From Candidatus Hodarchaeota archaeon (GTDB lineage: Archaea; Asgardarchaeota; Heimdallarchaeia; Hodarchaeales; Hodarchaeaceae): a stretch of DNA of 64,000 nt. Positions 39,350 through 49,018 of this stretch are shown piece after piece. The position numbers and the translations under genes were made by a program. The stretch's first letter is position 1; every line of letters begins with the position of its first letter. The DNA lies in the NCBI GenBank assembly GCA_016840035.1, contig JAEOTC010000121.1, positions 69,591 through 133,590 of the forward strand, given 5' to 3'. Under the pieces are notes generated by a model that saw nothing but the letters and a program-made list of their open reading frames with translations, was not told the origin of the DNA and did no database searches.

Positions 39350-39910
39350 ATGTCATACGAAAGTGAAAATACATATGAGACGCATTCAGCAAAAATCGCT
39401 GAAGTAAAAGCGTTAGAAAAACATCTAGACGTTATTTTTAAAGTCTATGAAAAAGAAGAAGAACGCGAAATCAACGCAAAGTCGGGAGATACTCATCGTG
39501 TTTGTGATTTTACCGTCGCAGACGAGACAGGATCAATAACCTTGACCGCTTGGAATGAGGATATTGATACTCTTGAGTTAGAAAAAGTTTACAAATTATC
39601 TAATGGTTTTGCAAACGTATTTAGAAATTCCCTTCGTCTATCTAAAGGTAAATTTGGAACCTTAAGTGAAGATCCAACCATTTTTGAAGAAATCGATACC
39701 GACAATAACAGATCCTCTGAACATGTCGAAGACCCTCGTCGAAGATCATTCGGCGGTGGCGGCCGAGGTGGCTATGGTGGCGGTGGACGCGACCGTGGTG
39801 GCTATGGTGGCGGTGGCGGTGGACGTGATCGTGGTGGATATGGAGGCCGTGGTGGCGGTGGACGCGACCGAGGTGGTCGTGATCGTCGTGGCGGCGGAAA
39901 TCGCTGGTAG
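39350..39910 (+). CDS. ssb: Single-OB-fold ssDNA-binding protein with an RGG-repeat tail
   Basis: VADETGSITLTAWNE and NGFANVFRNSLRL as in crenarchaeal SSB/SOSS-B; Gly/Arg-rich tail. Confidence 0.85.
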   Translation: MSYESENTYETHSAKIAEVKALEKHLDVIFKVYEKEEEREINAKSGDTHRVCDFTVADETGSITLTAWNEDIDTLELEKVYKLSNGFANVFRNSLRLSKGKFGTLSEDPTIFEEIDTDNNRSSEHVEDPRRRSFGGGGRGGYGGGGRDRGGYGGGGGGRDRGGYGGRGGGGRDRGGRDRRGGGNRW

Positions 39911-39926
39911 ATTTTCTCCTCCTCCC

Positions 39927-39982
39927 TCACTTTTTAATTAAAATCGATTTTTTTTCACTTTTTAATTAAAATCGATTTTTTT
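39927..39982 (+). repeat. Perfect 28-bp tandem duplication, probably in the ssb terminator region
   Basis: TCACTTTTTAATTAAAATCGATTTTTTT twice, followed by further T tracts. Confidence 0.85.
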
Positions 39983-40069
39983 ATTCTTTTTTCTTTTTTT
40001 AGCAACTTCTCCTCCTCCGTAGGAATTATATTCAGTTTCGAGGAGACTATTTTAAACCTCAGACAGTAG

Positions 40070-41218
40070 ATGATATTAGTCATGCAATACAGAAAGCTTG
40101 GAAAATTTGGAGAAGTATCCGCTCTAGGATTTGGATGTATGAGACTTCCTACTCTAAAGCCTGGTAAGCCAAAAATTGATCGTGAACGGGCTATCAATTT
40201 AATCAGAGAAGGAATCGATGGTGGAATTAATTATGTTGATACTGCTCATATGTATCATGATAAAGAAAGTGAAGTTGTGGTCGGTCTCGCTTTAAAAGAT
40301 GGATATCGTGAGAAAGTCCGTCTTGTTACCAAATGTCCAGTTTTTTATGATGTTTTCAATGAAACAAAACACTTCGATTATTATCTGGATGAACAGTTGA
40401 CAAAACTGGATGTCGATTACTTAGACTTTTATTTAATGCATGGATTAAATGCAAAAACCTTCAAAGAAAAGGTTCAAGATCTAGACTTAGTGGAAGCAGC
40501 TATGTCTGCAAAGGAGCAAGGTAAAATCAAACATCTTGGTTTTTCGTTTCATGATAAACCAGAGGTTTTGAAAGAGATAATCGATACTTCTCATTTTGAT
40601 TTAATGTTAGTTCAATATAATGTTTTAGATCAGGTAAATGAAGAGATGATTGGTTATGCTGCGAAAAAAGGAATGGGTGTTGTAACTATGGGGTCTGTCG
40701 GAGGAGGGCGTCTTGCTGGTTCACCCCCTGACTCTATGAGTCAATGGCTTTCTGAAGGGAGGTCAAATTTTGCAGATTTAGCCTTGAAATTTGTTTTATC
40801 TAATCCCAATGTGTCTGTAGCCTTATCGGGAATGGGAACAGAAGAGATGCTCCGAGATAATTTAGCGTTATCCTCTAAAAGTGATTACAATCAATATCTA
40901 GGAACAGAGAAAGATCGAATAGATAAAATCGCCCTGAAATTTAAAGAATTATCTGATATTGTATGTACAGGATGTGGATATTGTATGCCCTGCCCGAATG
41001 AGGTCAATATCAAACTGGTATTCGAATATATGATACGATATCAAATCTATGGGCAAGAAGAGGCAAGACATTGGTATGCAAACATTGGAAAGGTAAACTG
41101 GGCACCTGGGAAGAATGCAGAAGCTTGCATAGAATGTGAAGAATGTTTAGAGAAATGTCCACAAAAGATTCCGATAATTGAGCAACTCAAAAAAGCCCAT
41201 CAATTACTAGCATTTTAA
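40070..41218 (+). CDS. Aldo/keto reductase with a C-terminal 4Fe-4S domain
   Basis: LGFGCMRLP, DTAHMY, GFSFH, CTGCGYCMPCP and CIECEECLEKCP. Confidence 0.93.
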   Translation: MILVMQYRKLGKFGEVSALGFGCMRLPTLKPGKPKIDRERAINLIREGIDGGINYVDTAHMYHDKESEVVVGLALKDGYREKVRLVTKCPVFYDVFNETKHFDYYLDEQLTKLDVDYLDFYLMHGLNAKTFKEKVQDLDLVEAAMSAKEQGKIKHLGFSFHDKPEVLKEIIDTSHFDLMLVQYNVLDQVNEEMIGYAAKKGMGVVTMGSVGGGRLAGSPPDSMSQWLSEGRSNFADLALKFVLSNPNVSVALSGMGTEEMLRDNLALSSKSDYNQYLGTEKDRIDKIALKFKELSDIVCTGCGYCMPCPNEVNIKLVFEYMIRYQIYGQEEARHWYANIGKVNWAPGKNAEACIECEECLEKCPQKIPIIEQLKKAHQLLAF

Positions 41219-41261
41219 TCAGAAAATTAGAATCAGTTTCAGATTTAAACGTGAAAAAGAA

Positions 41262-42002
41262 ATGAAGATAGAGGATATAAAAGATCTACAATTCCATGAT
41301 GGACGTATAAATCCTATCACTCACGATCGTTTAGTCCAATTCGATATTAGTTCGGTGGTAGAGAGATTCTATCAAACGCGGACTGTTGATGCTTCTGCCG
41401 TAATTTCTGATCTTGGACCTATTCACATTGATTTTACAAATATCCAAGACTGGGCTGAGGATATACCTGATATCGATGACCGAAGTGGAAGGATCTTCAT
41501 TTTATGGGCAGAAAATCCTGATACCAATGAAGTAGTCTTGAAGATAAGAGGTTTTTTCATTCTCGTACCTTTTGAGTTTGGGATGGAACAATTAAAGGAA
41601 TATCACACTCGTCATGACACTCCTTGTCATCCTATGGCCATTATTTCCTCAATTCGGACGATTTTCGATGATGTGGATATTCTTACAGAGCTTATTGACC
41701 GGATAGATAAGGAACTCAATGATCATTGGCAAAAAACACGAAAGAGGTTAATTGAGAGACTTGAAAGAAATTTCCTGTGGGAACGGTATGTTTATTCCCT
41801 TGATACCATCTCACATATCTCCTATCTCTGCCCCTCCATGGATCGGGAGTTACTGGCCGCTCTTAAGCGAAAAGAATTTTCTTCTACTGGTGTGTTACAA
41901 GTGATGGCTTCCCCTACTTCATCCTATGATCAAGTTTCTTTACAATCTCACTTGAAAAAAGCAAAAGGGATTATAAAAACACATCAGAATAAGCCAATTT
42001 GA
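41262..42002 (+). CDS. Conserved hypothetical protein, paralog of 29161..29931
   Basis: Collinear shared motifs with 29161..29931. Confidence 0.85.
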   Translation: MKIEDIKDLQFHDGRINPITHDRLVQFDISSVVERFYQTRTVDASAVISDLGPIHIDFTNIQDWAEDIPDIDDRSGRIFILWAENPDTNEVVLKIRGFFILVPFEFGMEQLKEYHTRHDTPCHPMAIISSIRTIFDDVDILTELIDRIDKELNDHWQKTRKRLIERLERNFLWERYVYSLDTISHISYLCPSMDRELLAALKRKEFSSTGVLQVMASPTSSYDQVSLQSHLKKAKGIIKTHQNKPI

Positions 42003-42026
42003 AAAAAATCGGAGTACATGAACGTT

Positions 42027-42824
42027 TTATGCTCCTGCGATGAAATTGTCTAAAAACATCATTACCATAAATCCAAGGATGACTCCAAATGTGGCTGCTC
42101 GTTCATGTCCCTTTCGATGACTTTCAGGGATAATTTCATCAGAAACTACAAAGATCATTGCTCCTGCTGCGAATGCCATACCAAAACCTAGCATCCCTAA
42201 TGCAACACTGACCGCAGCAACCCCAATGAATCCTCCAATTGGCTCTACTAGTCCAGTAATCGTTGTTATGGTCAAAGTCTCTCGTTTTTTGTACCCTTCT
42301 CGAAGTAATGGAAGAGCAACAGCGGTTCCTTCAGGGATGTTTTGAATTGCAATTGCAACAGCAATAATAACTCCTGTAGTTATATCACCAGTCTGAGCTG
42401 CAGATCCAAAGGCAACTCCCACTGCCAATCCTTCTGGAAAATTGTGTATTGTTATGGCAATAACAAATAACCAAGTTGCAGCTAACCGTTTAGAAATGTT
42501 ACTAGAACCTTCGGGCCCAGAAATGAAATGTTGATGGGGAGCCCATCTATCAATAAGATGAATAATTAATGCTCCGCTTCCAAAACCAAGCATAACAATA
42601 ATAACGGGTTCAAGTATCCATTCAGTATAAATAGGGTCCATTTCTAAAGCTGGAACCAATAGACTAAAGGCAGAAGCTGCAAGCATAACACCTGCAGCAA
42701 AACCAAGCATAATATCGAGGCTTCGATCAGAAAATTCTTTTCCCAGTAGAACGGGGATTGCGCCGATAGAGGTTGATAATCCTGCAAGAAGAGAAGCAAA
42801 TATTCCCAGTAAAATTATTTCCAT
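42027..42824 (-). CDS. ZIP family metal transporter (GufA/ZupT-like)
   Basis: HNFPEG, QNIPEG, DEIIPESH. Confidence 0.95.
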   Translation of the reverse strand: MEIILLGIFASLLAGLSTSIGAIPVLLGKEFSDRSLDIMLGFAAGVMLAASAFSLLVPALEMDPIYTEWILEPVIIVMLGFGSGALIIHLIDRWAPHQHFISGPEGSSNISKRLAATWLFVIAITIHNFPEGLAVGVAFGSAAQTGDITTGVIIAVAIAIQNIPEGTAVALPLLREGYKKRETLTITTITGLVEPIGGFIGVAAVSVALGMLGFGMAFAAGAMIFVVSDEIIPESHRKGHERAATFGVILGFMVMMFLDNFIAGA

Positions 42825-43030
42825 TTCTAAATCTCCATTAAGATATACTCAAATAAAGGTCGGTTAGAGAGGGTTGACTATCGAGAATAATAATAATTAT
42901 CTTACGTTTATAGTAGATATTATCCTAATCATTTTTTTCTATTATGCAAATAAATCTTAACTCTAGAATGGAAATGCTTTTGAAAGTCGGAGGTGTTTTA
43001 CGATGTGTCAGCTTTTTTGGAGTTACATTG

Positions 43031-44095
43031 ATGCGTATCCGAGAAAATTGGGCATTGTTCGTTGAAGGCACAGAGGTCAAATGGACTTTTGGAGAACCCA
43101 GTCCCGAGTTCTTAGAAATTGTTTCAAACTTTTTGATGGGTTTAGGGAATCTGGGGAAGGAATTATTTGGTGAAGGGATTGCAAGCATTCAATTTGATTT
43201 GCCCCAACATGTGGGGATTAAATCCTCAGAAATATTCATTGTTTCTTTGGAAGACCAGTTTTTCTTAATTATTAGTGATCCAGCCGTAACGCTTTTGCTT
43301 ATCAATGCGGAAGGTGGTATTCCTGACGAAATAAAAGTAATAATGAAGGCGGTACTTGTTGGTCAAGCTTCCATTCTTTATGCAAATGCTGTTTCTGGTG
43401 AGATCGATGACGAGACAAAAGAAAGTATTGATACACATTTTCAGAATATCCTTCTTGATATCAACGAAAGATACCTGCAGGGTGACCTCATAAATACTAT
43501 TGTCGGCCAATTTGGCAGTAACTTTAGTATTTTGACATTCGAAGAGTGTTTGATGCTTCATTATTATTTACGGAAGCATGCAGAAAAAACTCAGGTAGCG
43601 AAACCTGCTGGATGGGCTATGATCGCGAATCTTGAGGGGTGGGAAGTGCCACTTGCATATAATCTCACAAAAGAAGGAATCTGGGCTGGCTTTTTCAGTG
43701 CCATCATAGGATTTATTCATTCACTGTTTGAATCCAAACCTCGATCCATAACTTTTGGTTCTACTGCTATTCATAAGTTACGGTTCGTATATGGTAAGAA
43801 GTTTTACTTCATGGCCATCGACACGAGTTTTGTTTCAGACTTATTACTTCAAAAACGGTTCCAAAATGAGTTATTTAATACTAGTTATGCTATCTTGAAA
43901 GATATGTCATCAGGGATCAAGTCGTTAATCGTTGAAGAGATTTTGGCATATAACGAAGGAAAGCTAAATGAGTTATCCGTTGAGACTCTTCTTGATACAT
44001 ATATTGGGGAAGATGAATCTCTCGAATTAAGTCAAGATGAAAGAGTAATCCGTATTTGGGGAAAACTCCTTCTAAGTTTTCAAAAGCAGGAATGA
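43031..44095 (+). CDS. Protein with two longin-like domains
   Basis: Two repeats of strand-strand-helix (VSNFLMGL / WAGFFSAI)-F-strands; ATG at 43031 preferred. Confidence 0.6.
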   Translation: MRIRENWALFVEGTEVKWTFGEPSPEFLEIVSNFLMGLGNLGKELFGEGIASIQFDLPQHVGIKSSEIFIVSLEDQFFLIISDPAVTLLLINAEGGIPDEIKVIMKAVLVGQASILYANAVSGEIDDETKESIDTHFQNILLDINERYLQGDLINTIVGQFGSNFSILTFEECLMLHYYLRKHAEKTQVAKPAGWAMIANLEGWEVPLAYNLTKEGIWAGFFSAIIGFIHSLFESKPRSITFGSTAIHKLRFVYGKKFYFMAIDTSFVSDLLLQKRFQNELFNTSYAILKDMSSGIKSLIVEEILAYNEGKLNELSVETLLDTYIGEDESLELSQDERVIRIWGKLLLSFQKQE

Positions 44096-44217
44096 TTCCT
44101 CTTTCGTAAAGGAGCTTTTTCTGAATTCTAGGAAATCTGATTAGAAATTCTAGAAAAATTATTTATTTTGATATCTTAATCATTAGGATATTGACTACTT
44201 GGAGGTCTAGGTACCAA

Positions 44218-45015
44218 ATGACTGTACTTGAACTGTTTAAACTCACCAAGAAAAAAGCATTAGTAACTGGGGGAGCGAAGGGTATAGGACGTAAAATTAA
44301 CGAAGGTTTACTAGAAGCAGGTGTTGAATCACTTATATTTTGCGGACGGGGAAGACATGGATCACTTGAAGATGAACAACAGCGGCTGAAAAATCTTTTT
44401 CCCTCTCGTGACATCAGAGGTATCACGTGTGATATAAGCGAGGAGTCAGAAATTCTATCTTTAATAGAAGAAATTCGAGATCTCAAAACATTAGATATCC
44501 TGGTTAATAATGCGGGTGCTACATGGGCTGTTCCAACACTAGACCAAACTTTAAAGTCGTGGAATCGATCCATTGATACTAATCTAACAGGGACATTTCT
44601 AATGTGTAAGCATGTCATTCAAGAGTTTATGTTACAAAATGAGGATGGGGGAAGCATAATTAATATCGCATCCATTTTAGCTTTGAAGGGTGTTGCGGAA
44701 ATCGCTCAGATTGGATATTCTGCGAGTAAAAGCGCACTTTTAGGCCTGACTCGTCAATTAGCAATAGAATTTGCATGTAATGGAATTCGAACAAATGCGA
44801 TATGTCCTGGTTTTATTGAAGGGGATTCTATGGCGGAAATCTTTACAAAAGAGGGAAGTCCAATCCGTGATACTCTCATTGATATGGTACCCCTCCGACG
44901 GTTTGTTAGTGTCAATGATATGAAAGGGATCGTAACATTTTTGGCCTCAGATGCCTCCTCGTATATAACAGGACAAACTATTGCTGTAGGGGGCGGCTTA
45001 TCAGTCAGCCTATAG
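44218..45015 (+). CDS. SDR family oxidoreductase
   Basis: TGGAKGIG, NNAG, YSASK, PG; GGAGGT upstream of the ATG at 44218. Confidence 0.93.
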   Translation: MTVLELFKLTKKKALVTGGAKGIGRKINEGLLEAGVESLIFCGRGRHGSLEDEQQRLKNLFPSRDIRGITCDISEESEILSLIEEIRDLKTLDILVNNAGATWAVPTLDQTLKSWNRSIDTNLTGTFLMCKHVIQEFMLQNEDGGSIINIASILALKGVAEIAQIGYSASKSALLGLTRQLAIEFACNGIRTNAICPGFIEGDSMAEIFTKEGSPIRDTLIDMVPLRRFVSVNDMKGIVTFLASDASSYITGQTIAVGGGLSVSL

Positions 45016-45033
45016 TTTAAGGAATAATTACTA

Positions 45034-46164
45034 ATGTTATCAGATTTAAGAAGTATTCTTCTTTCTCGACCATTAAATTATTACATAAATAATTATTACG
45101 AGGCAATTTCAGAGTTAAAGAACCAAGTTTCCCCACTGATTGGATATTTCACTAATAAGACTCCACTAGAGCTACTCCATGCTTTAAATCTCCATCCTAT
45201 ACGGATCTATGCATTTAAACATCCTAAATCTCAACAGGGTGCTTACGAACGATATGTTCAAACCTTTGCTTGCTCTTGGCTTCGAGATATTATTGATAAT
45301 GGATTAGTTAATGGTTATAATGAATTAAATGGAGTTATATTTTCCACGGGAACGTGTGATAGTTTACAGAATGTTTCTGATATATGGCAAAAGGTCTTTC
45401 TACACCAATTAACATATAATCTAACCTTTCCAATCCAAAGCAATGAGGCTTCGTATAAATACTTAGAAAATGAATTTCTCCAATTTTGTGAATATTCAAA
45501 GAAAAATATCTCATCTCCAATTAATGTTGAGCTGAAGGAATCTATACAGAAATTTAATCGAAAGAGGGAAATATTACGAAAAATTGCAGAATTAGTATCT
45601 TCTGGGAGAATGTTGTATTCAACATTTGCGAGAATTATGTATTATGGCGATCTATTGCCCGTAGATGAATTTATTCGAATTTTTAAGGAATTAACGATTC
45701 CTGAATATTATGAAGAGCTGCTACCAAAGCAGGAAAGACATCCTCGTTTACTCGTATCTGGTGGAATGTGGGATAACCTCCATTTATTTGATATTCCGGA
45801 ATGGGAAGGTTTAGTTGCAGATGATCTGTCTTTTGGTAATCGAAATTTTAACTATAACCTTCCTGAATCTAATTCAATGCATGCTTATGCAAAATCGCAA
45901 CTCGGACGGGTACCTGAGCCGACTGCATATGATGATAATCAGAGATTGGAGAATCTTGCAAAGCAAATTAAGGATCATAATGTAGAGGGAGTAATCCTCC
46001 TTACGATGAAGTTTTGTGATCCTGATGCATTTGAACTTATACCAATACGCAAGTTTTTAGATTCGATGGATGTTCCATATTTGAATTTAGAAACCAGTCC
46101 TGATTTATCAAATCTCGGACAACTACAGACTAGATTAGCCGCGTTTTCGGAGTTACTGATATAG
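45034..46164 (+). CDS. 2-hydroxyacyl-CoA dehydratase / benzoyl-CoA reductase family subunit (HgdB/BcrC-like)
   Basis: PLELLHA, QTFACS, TCDSLQN, KFCDPDAF, TRLAAF. Confidence 0.85.
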   Translation: MLSDLRSILLSRPLNYYINNYYEAISELKNQVSPLIGYFTNKTPLELLHALNLHPIRIYAFKHPKSQQGAYERYVQTFACSWLRDIIDNGLVNGYNELNGVIFSTGTCDSLQNVSDIWQKVFLHQLTYNLTFPIQSNEASYKYLENEFLQFCEYSKKNISSPINVELKESIQKFNRKREILRKIAELVSSGRMLYSTFARIMYYGDLLPVDEFIRIFKELTIPEYYEELLPKQERHPRLLVSGGMWDNLHLFDIPEWEGLVADDLSFGNRNFNYNLPESNSMHAYAKSQLGRVPEPTAYDDNQRLENLAKQIKDHNVEGVILLTMKFCDPDAFELIPIRKFLDSMDVPYLNLETSPDLSNLGQLQTRLAAFSELLI

Positions 46165-46178
46165 GAGAGAAATAGAAT

Positions 46179-47444
46179 TTGAATTCACCCAATCAAACTC
46201 GTGTTTATCGTCGCTTAGAAAGTGCTCAATCAGTAAAAAATAGTCAAGCAATGTATTATCTTAACAGCAAAAATCCTTATCTTCATGAAGAGGGAAAGAA
46301 AATTGCTTGGGTAACATCTGGAGGACCCGTCGAGTTTTTAGTAGCAATGGATATCGTCCCATTATACCCAGAGCAATATGGAGCAATTGCTGGCGCGGCA
46401 AAAGATAGCACTCGCTTAAGTCAAGTTTCCGAGGCACATGGATATAGTCAAGATATTTGTGCATACGCTAGAACCTCTTTTGGTAGTATTTTATCACCTG
46501 AGAGTCCAACTCCACTCTCTGAAATAGATGGAGTAGGTGGTTTAGCTAAACCAGATATGTTAATATGCGGAAATAACATTTGTGGAACGGTATTGAAATG
46601 GTACCAAGATTTAGCCCGTACTTACACGATTCCGCTGTTCATCTTTGACACTCCTCCCTTAGCAGATAACAATATTCCATCTTATTACCTTGAATATTTA
46701 ACAGCTCAAATGGATAGTTATGTATCCTTTCTTGAAGAACAGATGAGCAAAAAAATGGATATGGAAAGATTAACCGAAGTTTTTCTTAATTCGAAAAAGA
46801 GTATTGAGCTTTGGACCAAGATATTAAATCTAGGACAGGCAATTCCCTCTCCACTAAACTGTGCAGATCGGTTTTTATTAATGGCTCCAGTTGTATCTCA
46901 AAGAGGGACTATTGAAACCGTTGAGTTGTATGAGGAAGTTTATCAAGAAGTCCAAACCAGAGTAGACCATCAAGAAGGAGCAATTACTGTTCCAGAGAAA
47001 TATCGTTTACTCTGGGATAATATACCCATTTGGTTCAATCTCTATGATTTCTACAATACACTGGCTCAGAAAGGTGTAGTTTTTCCTGTAGACACGTATA
47101 CAAATGCATGGTCTCAAAATTTTCTGGAATCAGGTGACCTACTGAAAGATGCAGCAGTAATGTATTCCAATATTTATTTGAATAAAACTCTACAGCATAA
47201 AATCGACCTGGTCGGACATCTTGCCAAGAAATTTCAATGTAATGGAATATTGTATCATTCTATGCGTTCCTGTAAACGATATTCGTTAGGACAACCGATC
47301 ACACGAGTAGAAGTAACTAAAAAGACAGATATTCCAGGAACATTAATAGAGGGGGATATGAATGATTCAAGGGCGTATTCTGAGGGCCAAGTAATGACTC
47401 GTATCGATGCCCTTTTAGAGCTGATTGATACTCAAAGAAGTTAA
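46179..47444 (+). CDS. 2-hydroxyacyl-CoA dehydratase / benzoyl-CoA reductase family subunit (HgdA/BcrB-like)
   Basis: YPEQYGA, DICAYAR, NNICGTVLKWY, RSCKRYSLGQ, TRIDAL. Confidence 0.88.
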   Translation: MNSPNQTRVYRRLESAQSVKNSQAMYYLNSKNPYLHEEGKKIAWVTSGGPVEFLVAMDIVPLYPEQYGAIAGAAKDSTRLSQVSEAHGYSQDICAYARTSFGSILSPESPTPLSEIDGVGGLAKPDMLICGNNICGTVLKWYQDLARTYTIPLFIFDTPPLADNNIPSYYLEYLTAQMDSYVSFLEEQMSKKMDMERLTEVFLNSKKSIELWTKILNLGQAIPSPLNCADRFLLMAPVVSQRGTIETVELYEEVYQEVQTRVDHQEGAITVPEKYRLLWDNIPIWFNLYDFYNTLAQKGVVFPVDTYTNAWSQNFLESGDLLKDAAVMYSNIYLNKTLQHKIDLVGHLAKKFQCNGILYHSMRSCKRYSLGQPITRVEVTKKTDIPGTLIEGDMNDSRAYSEGQVMTRIDALLELIDTQRS

Positions 47445-47544
47445 ATCAGTGTGTAACTTCAAAGATTCAGCAAATATTTAAACCACGAAATCTAATATTA
47501 TCAAATCCAAGGAAAAAATCGATAATAGTATTCGGTGTGTAAAC

Positions 47545-48021
47545 TTGATAAAAGCTTCAGATTTAGATCCAATATTATATCGGCAATATATAAAGCAAAA
47601 ATACTCTGAATTAGTCTGGAATGCGTATTTACATAAGAAAGTAATCGAACAAGTTCTTGACCAGGAACTATTTGGTTCCCTAAACTCAGTAGTACAATTA
47701 TTTCTTCAATACGTTATCAAAGAATGGGCCTGTCCAAATTGTTTGCAAACAATTTTGCCATTTATGTCCAATTGCTATAAAAATCTTCCAGCCAAAGGAG
47801 ATATTGTTTATGTATACTCTAAAGAACTAATAAGTAAATTTCCAGTTTTAGCATGTCCTCATTGTGATACGCAAATTGTTGTAGTGGCGATTGACGATTA
47901 TAGTGATTTATTTGAATTTCGCTACAAAGAAATTGAAAAGGAAATTTATGATTTATTAGAAGATAGATCTTTGACAGATTTAGAAGTTACTCAAAAAAGT
48001 TTAGAAAAGCGATTAAGTTGA
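47545..48021 (+). CDS. Hypothetical protein with two CxxC motifs (Zn-ribbon-like)
   Basis: CPNC and CPHC. Confidence 0.65.
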   Translation: MIKASDLDPILYRQYIKQKYSELVWNAYLHKKVIEQVLDQELFGSLNSVVQLFLQYVIKEWACPNCLQTILPFMSNCYKNLPAKGDIVYVYSKELISKFPVLACPHCDTQIVVVAIDDYSDLFEFRYKEIEKEIYDLLEDRSLTDLEVTQKSLEKRLS

Positions 48022-48132
48022 TCCTCTCTCCTCATCACTAATCCTCTTGCAATGAAAAAACTACAGTAAAAAATTCTTGCACATCAGACCAAATAAAATC
48101 ACAGAGAATATTCTCTCTTTTAAAATGAAGGT

Positions 48133-48681
48133 CTAATCATCTAATCTGCGAAGTATTGAGTGACCCATAACCTCAAAAGCTTGATCTATATTCTCTCCAG
48201 TTTTTGCAGAAGTTTCAAAGTATTTAAATTGAAAATCTGAGATCCTGAGTTTTTCCTTAATGTAATCATTCACAGATTGACGTGTAACTTGAATATTATT
48301 TTCCAGATCGACTTTATTTCCTAATATAAGTATGGATGGATTAGAAGAAGAACACTTTTTCAAAAATTCTTCTGACCAACTATAAATGCTTTCTAATGTC
48401 CTAGGACGTGTGAGATCAAGAATTAACAATGCACCGACAGCTCCTCTATAATATCTTGAACGGACTTGATTAAAGGATGGTTGGCCAGCAAGATCCCATA
48501 TTTGGAGATGAAGTTCGACAAAACTCTCGTCTATACTAACGTTAATATGTTTGGAAAAGAAATCTGCGCCTATAGTAGGAGTATAATTTGATGAAAAGTC
48601 TTTATTGAGATATCGGTGAGCAATTGAAGTTTTTCCTACTGCTCCATCACCAAGGAGGCAGATTTTAGCAAAGATCCTCAT
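48133..48681 (-). CDS. Rab-like small GTPase
   Basis: GDGAVGKT, YTPTIGADF, IWDLAGQ, GNKVDL, FETSAK; GAGGAG SD. Confidence 0.95.
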   Translation of the reverse strand: MRIFAKICLLGDGAVGKTSIAHRYLNKDFSSNYTPTIGADFFSKHINVSIDESFVELHLQIWDLAGQPSFNQVRSRYYRGAVGALLILDLTRPRTLESIYSWSEEFLKKCSSSNPSILILGNKVDLENNIQVTRQSVNDYIKEKLRISDFQFKYFETSAKTGENIDQAFEVMGHSILRRLDD

Positions 48682-49018
48682 ATTACTCCTCTGGACATTT
48701 TCTTGAACATTCCCTTTTGAATCTCTTCACTTATAAATCCTACACCTAATCAAACACTCATCCTGTATATAATTCATCTTGGTAGAATTAAAGACTGGTT
48801 AAAATTCTTGTTGAGGAGCTTTTCTCCTCCAAAAAAAATGAATCTCTCATCAACACCTCTTCATCAATTGCAAAGGTGGAAAAGCTGAATCTAGCTTTAA
48901 TGCAATTATAAAAATCTCAAATTAGGATGGTTTAGATGTACAATCTTTTGGCAAATCACATACTCACAGAAATAGATTTTAAAGAGAAAAATCTTGTTCT
49001 CCAGTTTGTGTGATTTAG

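Noticed and set aside
39927-39982. Possible CRISPR repeat
   Set aside because: Two abutting copies with no spacer and no cas genes.
48813-48838. GAGGAG/CTCCTC hairpin between the two Rab genes as an intrinsic terminator
   Set aside because: The stem is only 6 bp and the T run precedes it on the coding strand; it is not supportable as a hairpin terminator.
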